This document shows positions 1 to 9,295 of a stretch of 64,000 nucleotides of DNA, piece by piece (positions within the stretch are counted from its first letter, which is position 1; every line of letters starts with the position of its first letter). The notes below the pieces were generated by a model. The model was not told the DNA's origin, made no database searches, and saw only the letters and a list, made by a program, of their open reading frames with translations. Position numbers and translations under genes: made by a program. Source of the stretch: Candidatus Nealsonbacteria bacterium (GTDB lineage: Bacteria; Patescibacteriota; Minisyncoccia; Minisyncoccales; UBA6532); the NCBI GenBank assembly GCA_016186485.1, contig JACPLN010000003.1, forward strand, positions 23,305-87,304. The letters are read 5' to 3'.

Positions 1-654
1 GCCGAGTCGGTAAACACATTTTTTTATCAGGTTGGTGGCGGATACGAAGATTTCAAGGGGTTAGGAGCAAGGTTGATAAAAGAATGGCTGGCGGCTTTCG
101 GCTGGGGAGCAATAACGGGGATTGATCTCCCCCAGGAAGGAAAAGGAATTCTGCCAGACATAGAAAATAACTGGCGGCTCGGAGACACATACCATCTTTC
201 CATTGGCCAGGGTCCATTTGCAATTACCCCTCTTCAGGTAGCGACAGCCTACCAGGCAATTGCAAACAAGGGAAAGGTTTTCCGCCCCAAAATCGTAAAA
301 GAAATCGTTGACCAAAAAAATAACCCGGTTGAAGAAGTGGCTAGCGAGGTATTAAGAGAGGTGGCGGCCCAAAAAGGAAATATTGAAGTAATCCGCCAGG
401 GAATGAGGCAGGCGGTTGAAAATCCTGCCGGCTCTTCTTTTATTTTAAGTTCTTTGCCGGTAAAAGCCGCAGCCAAAACAGGCACTGCCCAAACCGGAAA
501 GGAAAACTATTTTCATAACTGGGTGACCGTTTTCGCTCCCTATGACAACCCTCAAATTGTTTTGACAATTGTTATTGAAGACGTGCAGGGCGAACAGGTT
601 GCCGCCCTACCGGCGGCTAAAAACGTTCTAAATTGGTATTTTTCTAAATATTAA
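1..654 (+). CDS. Penicillin-binding protein (transpeptidase domain), C-terminal fragment; the 5' end lies outside the window
   Basis: The frame is open from nt 1. It carries the KTG(T) transpeptidase motif (KTGTAQ) and a PBP2/FtsI-like C-terminus. Confidence 0.8.
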   Translation, partial: AESVNTFFYQVGGGYEDFKGLGARLIKEWLAAFGWGAITGIDLPQEGKGILPDIENNWRLGDTYHLSIGQGPFAITPLQVATAYQAIANKGKVFRPKIVKEIVDQKNNPVEEVASEVLREVAAQKGNIEVIRQGMRQAVENPAGSSFILSSLPVKAAAKTGTAQTGKENYFHNWVTVFAPYDNPQIVLTIVIEDVQGEQVAALPAAKNVLNWYFSKY

Positions 655-730
655 ACCGGTTTAATTGGTCTTGACGAATTAATAAAAAAGGGGTAGGATA
701 CGGACAGCATCTTTCAAAAGAAAGAGGGAT

Positions 731-2581
731 TTGAATTTGTGGAAAACAATAAAAAGAATATTTTTGGGCAAACCGCTTGCCACAGAAGACATTGATCAAG
801 AGAAATTAAATAATTCTAATGCGCTCGCAATTTTTGGGTCCGATGCCCTTTCTTCTACAGCTTACGCAACCGAAGAGATACTGCTTGCCCTCGCCCTTAT
901 AGGTACTGCTGCGTTATCGGTTGCTATTCCCATTGCCCTGGCAATATCTTTGCTAGTGCTTATTGTCGCGTTTTCTTACCGGCAGATTGTGCGTGCTTAT
1001 CCTCAAGGAGGAGGAGTATACAGTGTTTCTAAAACAAATCTTGGAGAATTCGCCGGGCTTCTGGGAGCTTCCAGCCTAATAATTGATTATATCTTGACGG
1101 TTGCAGTATCGGTTGCCGCCGGAGTGGCAGCAATTACCTCTGCATTTCCCGAAATATTCCCATACCGCATTTTCTTGGCTATTGTTGTGGTTTTCTTTCT
1201 GATGTGGATGAATTTGAGAGGGGTGAAGTCTTCCGGAAGGGTTTTTTCATTCCCGACCTACCTTTTCATCTTAGCGATGTTTATGCTGATTGGCGTTGGG
1301 TTTTTCCGCGCTTTTTCCGGAACCTTACCCAAGATCCATTCTACCGGAAATCTAATTGAAGAGCCGGTTGCGATTCTTGGCTGGCTGCTTCTTTTAAGAG
1401 CATTTTCTTCTGGATGCGCAGCTATTACCGGCATTGAGGCGGTTTCCAACGGGATTCGCGCTTTCAAGCCGCCGGAGTCTTCCAATGCGGCAAAAGTTCT
1501 TTTGCGGCTTGCGATCTTTCTGACAACGATATTCTTGGGAATAACCATGCTTTCATATTTGGGAGGAATACTAGCGGTTGAAAAAGAAACTGTTTTGTCC
1601 CAAATTGCCAGGGCAGTATTTGGGGAAACCCCATTTTACCTCTTAATTCAGATTTCAACGTTTCTAATACTGTTTTTAGCCGCCAATACCCCTTTTGCTG
1701 ATTTTCCAAGAGTAGCGGCTTTGCAGGCAATAGATGGTTACTGGCCAAAACAATTCTTTACCATGGGATCAAGATTGGTGTTTTCCAACGGTATCATAAT
1801 GCTCGCAGTAGTTTCAAGCATTCTCCTTTTTATTTTCCAAGCAAGCGTTCACACTCTTATTCCTCTTTATGCAGTGGGTGTTTTTCTGGGATTTTCTCTT
1901 TCTCAGCTTGGCATGATCTTCCACTGGAAAAATAAAGGTGCAAGAAAGAATGCCAAAAGTTTACTGATTAACGCCATTGGTTTTGCGGCAACTTTTACTG
2001 TTTTTGGAGTAGTTTTCTTCTCTAAGTTCAATTACGGCGCCTGGATTCTTATTCCTGTATTCGTAGCACTGATGATAACTATGGGGAAAATAAAAAGCCA
2101 TTATAACATGGTTGAAAGAGAAACGGTTGCAGAAAAAGCTCCCTTGTCAGGATTTCGCCGAGAAAAACTGATGATGGTAGCCCTTGTTTCGGAGTTCAAT
2201 CGGCTTGCCATAGATGCCGGACGATCAGTAATGGGTATCCAGCCAGGAAGAATGAAAGCGCTTCACATAGCGTCTTCGGACGAGGAGGGAGATAATGTCA
2301 GGAAAAGATGGGAAAAAGAATTCAGAGATATTCCTATTGATGTTATCGTAGATAATTTCCGCGACCCAATTCCTCTTATCTTAAAGTATGTAAGCGAGGC
2401 AGAGCAGGATTGGAAAAAGTCCGGAGGAGAAAAGCTTGGTATAACAATTGCAATGATTGTTCCTAAAAATCGTTTAGCAGATTTTCTGCACAACCATACC
2501 GCTAATAAGATCGTTGAGGCGATAAAGGCGGATCCGAACAACGATGCTCAGATATCGGAGATTCACATCAAAGTTCCTTAG
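731..2581 (+). CDS. APC-superfamily amino-acid permease-like membrane transporter with a C-terminal soluble domain
   Basis: TTG start with an AAGAGGGA ribosome-binding site. The N-terminus reads 'ALAIFGSDALSSTAYATEEIL' as in APC-family permeases. There are about 12 predicted hydrophobic helices and a roughly 170-aa hydrophilic tail. Confidence 0.65.
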   Translation: MNLWKTIKRIFLGKPLATEDIDQEKLNNSNALAIFGSDALSSTAYATEEILLALALIGTAALSVAIPIALAISLLVLIVAFSYRQIVRAYPQGGGVYSVSKTNLGEFAGLLGASSLIIDYILTVAVSVAAGVAAITSAFPEIFPYRIFLAIVVVFFLMWMNLRGVKSSGRVFSFPTYLFILAMFMLIGVGFFRAFSGTLPKIHSTGNLIEEPVAILGWLLLLRAFSSGCAAITGIEAVSNGIRAFKPPESSNAAKVLLRLAIFLTTIFLGITMLSYLGGILAVEKETVLSQIARAVFGETPFYLLIQISTFLILFLAANTPFADFPRVAALQAIDGYWPKQFFTMGSRLVFSNGIIMLAVVSSILLFIFQASVHTLIPLYAVGVFLGFSLSQLGMIFHWKNKGARKNAKSLLINAIGFAATFTVFGVVFFSKFNYGAWILIPVFVALMITMGKIKSHYNMVERETVAEKAPLSGFRREKLMMVALVSEFNRLAIDAGRSVMGIQPGRMKALHIASSDEEGDNVRKRWEKEFRDIPIDVIVDNFRDPIPLILKYVSEAEQDWKKSGGEKLGITIAMIVPKNRLADFLHNHTANKIVEAIKADPNNDAQISEIHIKVP

Positions 2582-2588
2582 TTCTTTT

Positions 2589-2621
2589 GGCCCCGCAATA
2601 AATAAAGGGGCCTTTTATTTT
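2589..2621 (+). terminator. Rho-independent terminator (GGCCCC-12nt-GGGGCC followed by a T-run) after the permease gene
   Basis: Perfect 6-bp GC stem followed by TTTTATTTT. Confidence 0.7.
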
Positions 2622-2648
2622 GCATAAATTAGTTGGGAATAACGGGGG

Positions 2649-2677
2649 TTGACACAATTTCTTGCCTTGTCTATTAT
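2649..2677 (+). promoter_or_regulatory. Sigma70-like promoter for greA (TTGACA-17nt-TATTAT)
   Basis: Consensus -35 hexamer, 17-nt spacer and a near-consensus -10, about 28 nt upstream of the greA ATG. Confidence 0.55.
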
Positions 2678-2704
2678 AACCTAATTCCCAATAAGATAAT
2701 CGCT

Positions 2705-3166
2705 ATGAAAAAGTATTTAACCAAAGAAAACCTGGAAAAACTTAAAAAAGACCTCCAGTATTTAAAAGAGGTCAAAAGAAAAGAAATGGCCGAGAGATTG
2801 GAAAAGTCTCTCTCTTTTGGCGATCTCTCGGAAAATTTTGAATACCAGGAAGCTAAAGAAGCGCAGGCTTTTTTGGAGGGCCAAATTGCAGAACTGGAAG
2901 AATTAATAAACTCCGCGGTTATAGTGGAAAAGGGCGATAGGGCTTCTGGTTTTGTGCAGATCGGTTCAACCATTCTCACAAGTTCCGGAGGGTTAAAGAA
3001 AGACAGGTTTATAATCGTGGGAGCAAAAGAGGCGAATCCTTTGGAAGGGAAAATATCCGTTGACTCTCCTCTGGGAAAGGCTTTTCTGGATAAACCGGAG
3101 GGGGCGGTCATTGAAACTGTAACTCCGATAGGAAAAGCAAAGTACAAGATAGTAAAAATAGAGTAG
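2705..3166 (+). CDS. greA: Transcription elongation factor GreA
   Basis: N-terminal coiled coil 'LTKENLEKLKKDLQYLKEVKR...' and a C-terminal FKBP-like GreA domain. The start is taken at the internal ATG of the track ORF. Confidence 0.9.
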   Translation: MKKYLTKENLEKLKKDLQYLKEVKRKEMAERLEKSLSFGDLSENFEYQEAKEAQAFLEGQIAELEELINSAVIVEKGDRASGFVQIGSTILTSSGGLKKDRFIIVGAKEANPLEGKISVDSPLGKAFLDKPEGAVIETVTPIGKAKYKIVKIE

Positions 3167-3217
3167 GAGTTGATAAAATATACAGCCGTGGAAAGCCCTA
3201 TATCCGCGGTTTTTCAA

Positions 3218-3246
3218 TTGACCGCAGTTTTCGTTAGAATTACAAT
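3218..3246 (+). promoter_or_regulatory. Sigma70-like promoter for lysS (TTGACC-17nt-TACAAT)
   Basis: Hexamers with 17-nt spacing sit 7 nt upstream of the lysS ATG region. Confidence 0.45.
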
Positions 3247-3252
3247 AAAATA

Positions 3253-4695
3253 ATGGCATTGTCTCAAATAAGAAAACAGCGGCTTGAAAAACTAGAAGCG
3301 CTAAAAAGGAGCGGGGCAGACGCTTACCCGAGAAACGTTAAAAGGACTCATGTGATAAGCGAGGCTCTTTTGGGTTTTAGCGGTTTGTCAAACAGTAAGG
3401 AAAAAGTTGTTTTGGTTGGCCGCATAATATCGGTAAGAGAACACGGGGGAGCCACCTTTTTGCATTTTAAAGACGGCGAAGGCAAAATCCAGGCTTACCT
3501 TAAGAAAGACAGACTCGGTCAAAAAGAATACAAGTTTTTCTTGGACAATTTTGATATAGGAGATATTGTTGAGATTCAAGGAATTTTGTTTGAAACAAAG
3601 AGAGGCGAAAAAACAATAGAAGCCTCTGATTTCAGAATGCTTGCCAAAGATATTCTGCCTCTTCCTGAAAAGTGGCATGGGCTTCAAGACGTGGAAGAGA
3701 GATTCAGGAAAAGGTATCTTGACTTGATTATGAATGAAGAAATAAGAAGCAAATTTAAACTAAGGAGCAGGATCATAAGAAAGATTAGGGAAATTTTGGA
3801 TCATAAAGAATTTATTGAAGTGGAAACTCCGATTTTACAGCCGATTCCCGGCGGCGCTTTCGCCAAACCCTTTAAAACGCATTTAAACGCTTTAAAAATG
3901 GACTTATATCTTAGGGTAGCCCCCGAGCTTTATTTGAAAAGGCTTTTAGTCGGCGGTTTTGAGAAAATCTATGAAATAGGCAGGTGTTTCAGAAATGAAG
4001 GAATGGATAAGCACCATAACCCCGATTTTACGATGATGGAGCTGTACTGGGCCTATAAAAGCAGGGATGGCCTAATGGAATTTGTTGAAAGTTTTTTCAA
4101 GGAATTAGCAAAAGAGATAAATGGTTCCCAGTCTTTTAAGTATCAGGGAAAAACAATAGATCTTTCAAAACCATTCGCTAGAATAAAATTCAGGGACCTT
4201 TTAAAAGAGCATTGCAATATTGATATAGAAAAGACGAACAAAAGCGGATTAAAAAAGAAGCTTAATGAGCTTGGGATAAAACCAGATCCAAAATGGCCGG
4301 AACATGAATACTTTGACGCCTTGTATAAAAAAGCATGCCTTCCGAATTTGGTCCAGCCCATTTTTATGACCGATCATCCGATAGAAATGAATCTTTTGTC
4401 CAGGGCAAAAGAGGATAATAAGAAATACGCAGACCGTTTTCAGTTAATAATCGGGGGAATAGAGCTTGTTAACGGATTCTCCGAATTAAATGATCCAATT
4501 GAACAAAAGAAGCGTTTTGAAAGCTCTAATATTTCTCCGGAAAGAAAGGATAAGGATTTTATAGATGCCCTGGAATATGGAATGCCGCCCACGGCAGGTT
4601 TGGGGCTCGGGATAGACAGATTAATTGTTCTTTTAACAGATTCTCACAGTCTTAGAGAGGTTATTCTTTTCCCGACAATGCGGCCTATAAAATGA
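3253..4695 (+). CDS. lysS: Lysyl-tRNA synthetase (class II)
   Basis: Class II motifs and the 'GGFEKIYEIGRCFRNEGMDKHHNPDFTMMELYWAY' block. Confidence 0.95.
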   Translation: MALSQIRKQRLEKLEALKRSGADAYPRNVKRTHVISEALLGFSGLSNSKEKVVLVGRIISVREHGGATFLHFKDGEGKIQAYLKKDRLGQKEYKFFLDNFDIGDIVEIQGILFETKRGEKTIEASDFRMLAKDILPLPEKWHGLQDVEERFRKRYLDLIMNEEIRSKFKLRSRIIRKIREILDHKEFIEVETPILQPIPGGAFAKPFKTHLNALKMDLYLRVAPELYLKRLLVGGFEKIYEIGRCFRNEGMDKHHNPDFTMMELYWAYKSRDGLMEFVESFFKELAKEINGSQSFKYQGKTIDLSKPFARIKFRDLLKEHCNIDIEKTNKSGLKKKLNELGIKPDPKWPEHEYFDALYKKACLPNLVQPIFMTDHPIEMNLLSRAKEDNKKYADRFQLIIGGIELVNGFSELNDPIEQKKRFESSNISPERKDKDFIDALEYGMPPTAGLGLGIDRLIVLLTDSHSLREVILFPTMRPIK

Positions 4696-5300
4696 AACTA
4701 TTGATTGCCACTCACAATAAAGGCAAGCTTTTGGAATACCAGCTGATATTTAAAGAGTTTTTGCCCGAACTCGCGGTTTTGGCGCTTTCTGATCTTAATA
4801 TTAAAGAAAAGGCGCCGGAAGATGGCGCTACTTTTGAGGAAAACGCAGTTCAAAAGGCGAAGTTTTATTCCGGATTAGCTAATTTGCCAACTCTGGCTGA
4901 CGATGGAGGACTGGAAATAGATTATTTAAACGGAGAACCAGGGGTAAAATCAAGAAGATGGCCGGGGTATGAGGCTTCTGACGAAGAACTGGTGAAAATG
5001 GCTCTTGAAAAGCTAAAAGGAATCCCGTTTGAAAAAAGAGGAGCCAGGCTTAGGGCGGTGGCTGCCTTTGCATTGCCAAAAGAAAAAGTTTTTACGTTTG
5101 AAGGAATTCTAAACGGTTTTATAACCGAAAAACCAATTAATATTATTCCCGGCTATCCGTTTAGGGCAATATTTTATCTTCCTGACATCAAAAAGGTTCT
5201 CGGAGAGCTGACCATGGAAGAAGAGGCTGTTCTTGCCCACCGCAGAAAAGCCGTGGAAGCAGCCATACCGATAATTAAAAAGCACTTGACAAATTTTTAA
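4692..5300 (+). CDS. rdgB: Non-canonical purine NTP pyrophosphatase (RdgB/HAM1 family)
   Basis: N-terminus 'LLIATHNKGKLLEYQ' and a HAM1 fold-like sequence. The start overlaps the lysS stop by 4 nt. Confidence 0.8.
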   Translation: MKLLIATHNKGKLLEYQLIFKEFLPELAVLALSDLNIKEKAPEDGATFEENAVQKAKFYSGLANLPTLADDGGLEIDYLNGEPGVKSRRWPGYEASDEELVKMALEKLKGIPFEKRGARLRAVAAFALPKEKVFTFEGILNGFITEKPINIIPGYPFRAIFYLPDIKKVLGELTMEEEAVLAHRRKAVEAAIPIIKKHLTNF

Positions 5301-5314
5301 ATCGGGTGTATAAT
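5286..5314 (+). promoter_or_regulatory. Strong sigma70-like promoter (TTGACA-17nt-TATAAT) driving the serS leader
   Basis: Both hexamers are consensus, with a TG immediately 5' of the -10. Confidence 0.6.
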
Positions 5315-5320
5315 AAAGGC

Positions 5321-5586
5321 AGAATAAAAATGAATGGCGAATACCGTCCGGACGAAGAAGAACGAAGCCTTCATATCGGTTACGGCCAGCATGCGGATCC
5401 TGTAACTCTTCGTGAGTCAGGATTCCTGGGAAACCGTTAGGTAGGCTCGCCCGAGAGAAGGTTCTTGGGAGGGGTTTCTAGAACCCATAAGTTCACCCTC
5501 CCTTGTAACCAACGGGATTCAAGTTCTTTCAAGGCACTCTTTATGAGTGTCTTTAACGTTTTATTTTAAGATGTTAATATTAAGAT
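5321..5586 (+). promoter_or_regulatory. Structured, GC-rich 5' leader RNA of serS (candidate T-box/attenuator-type riboswitch)
   Basis: It is about 265 nt between a consensus promoter and the serS ATG and clearly more GC-rich than its flanks. A strong hairpin GGGAGGG...CCCTCCC lies at about 5469-5512. A CACTC/GAGTG hairpin plus U-rich tract lies at about 5534-5568, directly before the start codon. Confidence 0.4.
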
Positions 5587-6846
5587 ATGCTGGACATTAA
5601 ATTTATCCGCCAAAATCCAGAAAAGGTAAAAGAGGGGATTGCTAAAAAGCAGGCCAGTGTTGATATTGACCGGCTTTTGGAGGTTGATCAAAAAAGGCGG
5701 GAAACAATCATGGCTTTGGAAGACATGTTTAGTAAAAAAAACAGGGCTTCAAAAGAAATTTCTCAAAACCAGGATGAAAGAGAAAAACAAAGGCTTATTT
5801 TGGAAATGAGAGAACTTGATACAAACAGCGATAGATTAAAGGAAGCCTTTGAATCTCTTGATAAAGAATTTGAGTTTTTGATGAAACAAATCCCTAATTT
5901 GCCGGAAGACGATGTGCCCATTGGTAAAGACGAAAAAGACAATAAGGTCATAAAAGAGTGGGGCAAAAAACCGGAGTTTAAGTTTGTGCCCAGAGATTAT
6001 CTGGAAATTTCTGAGAAGCTGGATATTATTGACGTCAAAAGAGCGGCAAAGGTTGCGGGCACAAGATTTGGGTATATAAAAGGAGAGGCGGCGCAGCTTG
6101 AGTTTGCTTTGGTTAATTTTGCAATGGATATTTTGTTAAAAGAAGGTTTTGTGCCTGTTGTTCCTCCGGTAATGATAAAAGATAAAATGATGGAGGCTAT
6201 GGGTTATGCCTCTTCAGAAAAGGATAAAGCAGAGCGTTATCTTCTTAAAGAAGATAATTTATATCTTATTGGGACGGCAGAGCAGGCCTTGGGTCCTCTT
6301 CATGCCGATGAGATTTTAGAGAATTTGCCCAGGCGCTACGCCGGATTTTCATCTTGTTTCAGGAGAGAAGCCGGGGCCTACGGCAAGGACACTAAAGGAA
6401 TTTTGCGGGTTCACCAATTTGATAAGGTGGAAATGCTAAGCTTTTGCGAACCCCAGCAATCAAAAAAAGAGCTTGATTTTTTGCTGGAGATGGCAGAAAG
6501 GCTAATGCAGCTACTTAAGATTCCATATCGCGTGGTGCGCTTGTGCGGCGGCGACCTGGCAAGGCCGTCTGCCGCAACTTACGATATTGAAGCTTGGTTG
6601 CCGGGGCAAAACCAGTATAGGGAAACCCATTCTGTTTCTACAACCACAGATTTTCAGGCAAGGCGCCTAAATATACGCCATCGTGGAAAACAAGGCCTTG
6701 AATTTGTGCACATTCTTAACGGTACCGCTTTTGCAATAGGCCGTATGCTAATTGCCATTATTGAAAACTACCAGAAAAAAGATGGCAGTGTATTGATACC
6801 AAAAGTCCTCCAAAAATATCTTAAGTTTAAAGCAATCAAAAGATAG
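5587..6846 (+). CDS. serS: Seryl-tRNA synthetase
   Basis: N-terminus 'MLDIKFIRQNPEKV' and class II aaRS core motifs. Confidence 0.95.
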   Translation: MLDIKFIRQNPEKVKEGIAKKQASVDIDRLLEVDQKRRETIMALEDMFSKKNRASKEISQNQDEREKQRLILEMRELDTNSDRLKEAFESLDKEFEFLMKQIPNLPEDDVPIGKDEKDNKVIKEWGKKPEFKFVPRDYLEISEKLDIIDVKRAAKVAGTRFGYIKGEAAQLEFALVNFAMDILLKEGFVPVVPPVMIKDKMMEAMGYASSEKDKAERYLLKEDNLYLIGTAEQALGPLHADEILENLPRRYAGFSSCFRREAGAYGKDTKGILRVHQFDKVEMLSFCEPQQSKKELDFLLEMAERLMQLLKIPYRVVRLCGGDLARPSAATYDIEAWLPGQNQYRETHSVSTTTDFQARRLNIRHRGKQGLEFVHILNGTAFAIGRMLIAIIENYQKKDGSVLIPKVLQKYLKFKAIKR

Positions 6847-6997
6847 TAATAAAAAAATAATGGTTGCCTTTTGAATAAGCAACCTTACAGTATTATAGAG
6901 AGAGGGAAGGGGTCTTTGATTAGTTGTTGGACTCAATGCCTTATTGTGCTTTAGTACCCCCACCTTCTCTTTGTTGGTATTTTTATATTATCATACC

Positions 6998-7717
6998 ATG
7001 AAACATTGTCAAGTGTTAATTCTTCACGGTTGGGGTTCTTCGTCTCAAAAATGGCAGGAGGTTAAAGAGATTTTGGAAAAAGAAGGAATTAGTATTTTTG
7101 TTCCGGATCTTCCCGGTTTTGGAGAAAACCCTATGCCAAAAGAATCCTGGTCGGTTGACGACTACGTTGAATGGGTTAGAAACTTTGCCGATAAAAATAT
7201 TGTCGGTACATTTTTTATCCTAGGGCATTCTTTTGGGGGAAGGGTGGCAATTAAATTTGCCGTTAGATACCCGGAAAAGTTAGACGGTCTTATTTTAGCC
7301 GGAGTCCCTGCTTTAAAAACCAAAGCAAACCCGAAAGAGTTTACAGCAAAAGTTTTAGCAAAACTATCCCGTAAATTCTTCTTTTTACCGCTGCTACCTT
7401 GGTATCCCTTACTAAGAAGGTTATTTTATAAATATATTTTGAGAAAAACAGACTATCTTTATCTTGGGGGAGTAATGAAAGAAACGTTTATAAAAGTAAT
7501 TGAAGAAGATTTATCCATCTATTTGCCTCAGATAAGGACTAAAACCCTTATTTTGTGGGGAGATAAAGACGATTTTGTGCCATTTTCCATAGCCCATTTA
7601 ATTAAAGAAAAAATATTAAACTCTGAATTGACAGTTTTCCCCAACGTAAAACACGGTCCTCATAGGGAAATCCCTGAAGAATTAGCAAAAACCATACTTA
7701 AATGGTTAGTCAAATAA
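6998..7717 (+). CDS. Alpha/beta-fold hydrolase
   Basis: GHSFGG nucleophile elbow with 'VLILHGWGSS'. The start is taken at the internal Met (MKHCQV). Confidence 0.7.
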   Translation: MKHCQVLILHGWGSSSQKWQEVKEILEKEGISIFVPDLPGFGENPMPKESWSVDDYVEWVRNFADKNIVGTFFILGHSFGGRVAIKFAVRYPEKLDGLILAGVPALKTKANPKEFTAKVLAKLSRKFFFLPLLPWYPLLRRLFYKYILRKTDYLYLGGVMKETFIKVIEEDLSIYLPQIRTKTLILWGDKDDFVPFSIAHLIKEKILNSELTVFPNVKHGPHREIPEELAKTILKWLVK

Positions 7718-9021
7718 TCTTAATTGCTCTTTTTCTTTTCTGGCTGAAATGTTTTCTTTTTTGGCTGTGGCTTTGGCAGTTAAAAGAATATCACATTGGC
7801 CGTTTTCTGGCTCATTTTGAAACCCAGAAAGTTAAAAAATTTATTTCTAGTTTCTGGCGGATAAAATACCCTAAGTTTACTAAGAAGATAACCATTGTGT
7901 TGTTTGCGGGCCAGTTGCTCGCAGTTTTATGGATGTTTTTTTTACCAGGTTTTCTTTTGGTTATCCTTTCTCCAATTTTTTCTTCTATACTCGTATTATT
8001 TTTTCAGATCCCTACCGTTGTTTGGCGACGCATACTTATAAACAAGGCTAAGGAGAAAAGAGAAAGATTTCCAGACCTAATAGTTATTGGCATAACCGGG
8101 TCTTATGGAAAAACATCCACTAAAGAGATTTTGGCCCATATTTTAAGCAAGAAATTCAATGTTTTAAAAACAAAAGAGCACCAGAATTCCGAAGTAGGCG
8201 TTTCCCAATGCATTTTGCGGGAGCTAGGGCCAGAGCACCAAATCTTTGTAGTGGAAATGGGGGCTTACAATATGGGAGGAATAAAACTGCTTTGCGACAT
8301 TGTAAAGCCGCGGATTGGCATTTTGACCGGTATTAACGAACAGCATATGGCAACTTTCGGGTCGCAGGAGAGCATTATAAAGACAAAATATGAGTTAATT
8401 GAGAGTTTGCCCAAAGATGGGATAGCTTTTTTTAACGGAAAAAATAAATATTGCCGAGAACTCTATCAAAAAACCCTTCGAGCAGGCTCCTCGCAAGCCT
8501 TTCTTTATGGGGAAAACGTAAAAATGCCTGGTCTTGAGAACGTTGAAGGAGCTAAGGCGGTTGCTAGGGAGCTGGGAATGGCAGATGAAGAAGTTTCGCA
8601 GGCCAGCAAAGATTTTGAGAATAAATTACCGGGCGTTGAGATAAAAAGAGGAATCAATGGATTAAATATTCTTGACGCCAGCTATTCAGCAAACCCCAAC
8701 AGCGTCATGGCCCATCTAGATTATTTGCAAACCTTGTCGGGAAAGAAAATAATCATTATGCCTTGTTTAATTGAACTAGGAAGAGCGGCAAAAGAAGTTC
8801 ACAAAAGAATAGGAGAAATGGTTGCTCGGGTTTGCGACCTAGCAATAATTACCACCAATGATTATTTTAAAGAATTAAAAGGGGAAAGCGACAAAATAAT
8901 ATTAATAGAAAGCCCAAAAGAAATTCTTAAGAAGATTAAGGAGGTTTCCCATCCTGGCGACCCTGTCCTTTTGGAAGGAAGAATTTCTGTTCGGTTGTAC
9001 AAGATATTGTTATCTATATAA
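7702..9021 (+). CDS. murF: Mur ligase (MurF-like UDP-MurNAc-tripeptide--D-Ala-D-Ala ligase) with an unusual N-terminal multi-helix hydrophobic segment
   Basis: P-loop 'GITGSYGKTSTKE' and Mur ligase middle and C-terminal domains. The first ~120 aa are strongly hydrophobic. Confidence 0.7.
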   Translation: MVSQIILIALFLFWLKCFLFWLWLWQLKEYHIGRFLAHFETQKVKKFISSFWRIKYPKFTKKITIVLFAGQLLAVLWMFFLPGFLLVILSPIFSSILVLFFQIPTVVWRRILINKAKEKRERFPDLIVIGITGSYGKTSTKEILAHILSKKFNVLKTKEHQNSEVGVSQCILRELGPEHQIFVVEMGAYNMGGIKLLCDIVKPRIGILTGINEQHMATFGSQESIIKTKYELIESLPKDGIAFFNGKNKYCRELYQKTLRAGSSQAFLYGENVKMPGLENVEGAKAVARELGMADEEVSQASKDFENKLPGVEIKRGINGLNILDASYSANPNSVMAHLDYLQTLSGKKIIIMPCLIELGRAAKEVHKRIGEMVARVCDLAIITTNDYFKELKGESDKIILIESPKEILKKIKEVSHPGDPVLLEGRISVRLYKILLSI

Positions 9022-9045
9022 TATATTTACAACGATCGATCCTTA

Positions 9046-9090
9046 GAACAATAAAAAGAGTACCGCATTCCGAAGAACTTGGTACTTTTT
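9046..9090. terminator. Bidirectional terminator hairpin between murF (+) and a small ORF (-)
   Basis: AAAAAGAGTACC-16nt-GGTACTTTTTAT. Confidence 0.4.
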
Positions 9091-9289
9091 ATCTCCTCGC
9101 CCAATGGTATAGTTCAAACGCGACCGCTATAAGAACCGACGTTATAAGAAACCCGACAAGGGAAGATATATCGTTAATGGGTCGATCAACCCAATATGGG
9201 ACAGCATACACCATCACCATCATCGCCAAGAAGTAAGCAGAGAGGAATTTTATTTCTTTCCGCCAATCCATCATCATCACTATAAACAC
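9089..9289 (-). CDS. Small hydrophobic protein (hypothetical)
   Basis: 66-aa ORF with two predicted TM helices. There is no other support. Confidence 0.3.
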   Translation of the reverse strand: MFIVMMMDWRKEIKFLSAYFLAMMVMVYAVPYWVDRPINDISSLVGFLITSVLIAVAFELYHWARR

Positions 9290-9295
9290 ATTAGC

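Noticed and set aside
5330-5443. 37-codon ORF in the serS leader as a leader peptide
   Set aside because: Weak ribosome-binding site and no Ser-codon enrichment. The surrounding GC-rich helices favour an RNA-structure-based element. It is kept only as an alternative within the leader finding.
5400-5520. SRP RNA (4.5S) or another small RNA gene in the GC-rich segment
   Set aside because: A GUCAGG...CCUGG resemblance exists, but the conserved GGAAGCAGCC domain-IV motif is absent. The position between a promoter and a terminator-like hairpin right at the serS AUG fits a cis-leader better.
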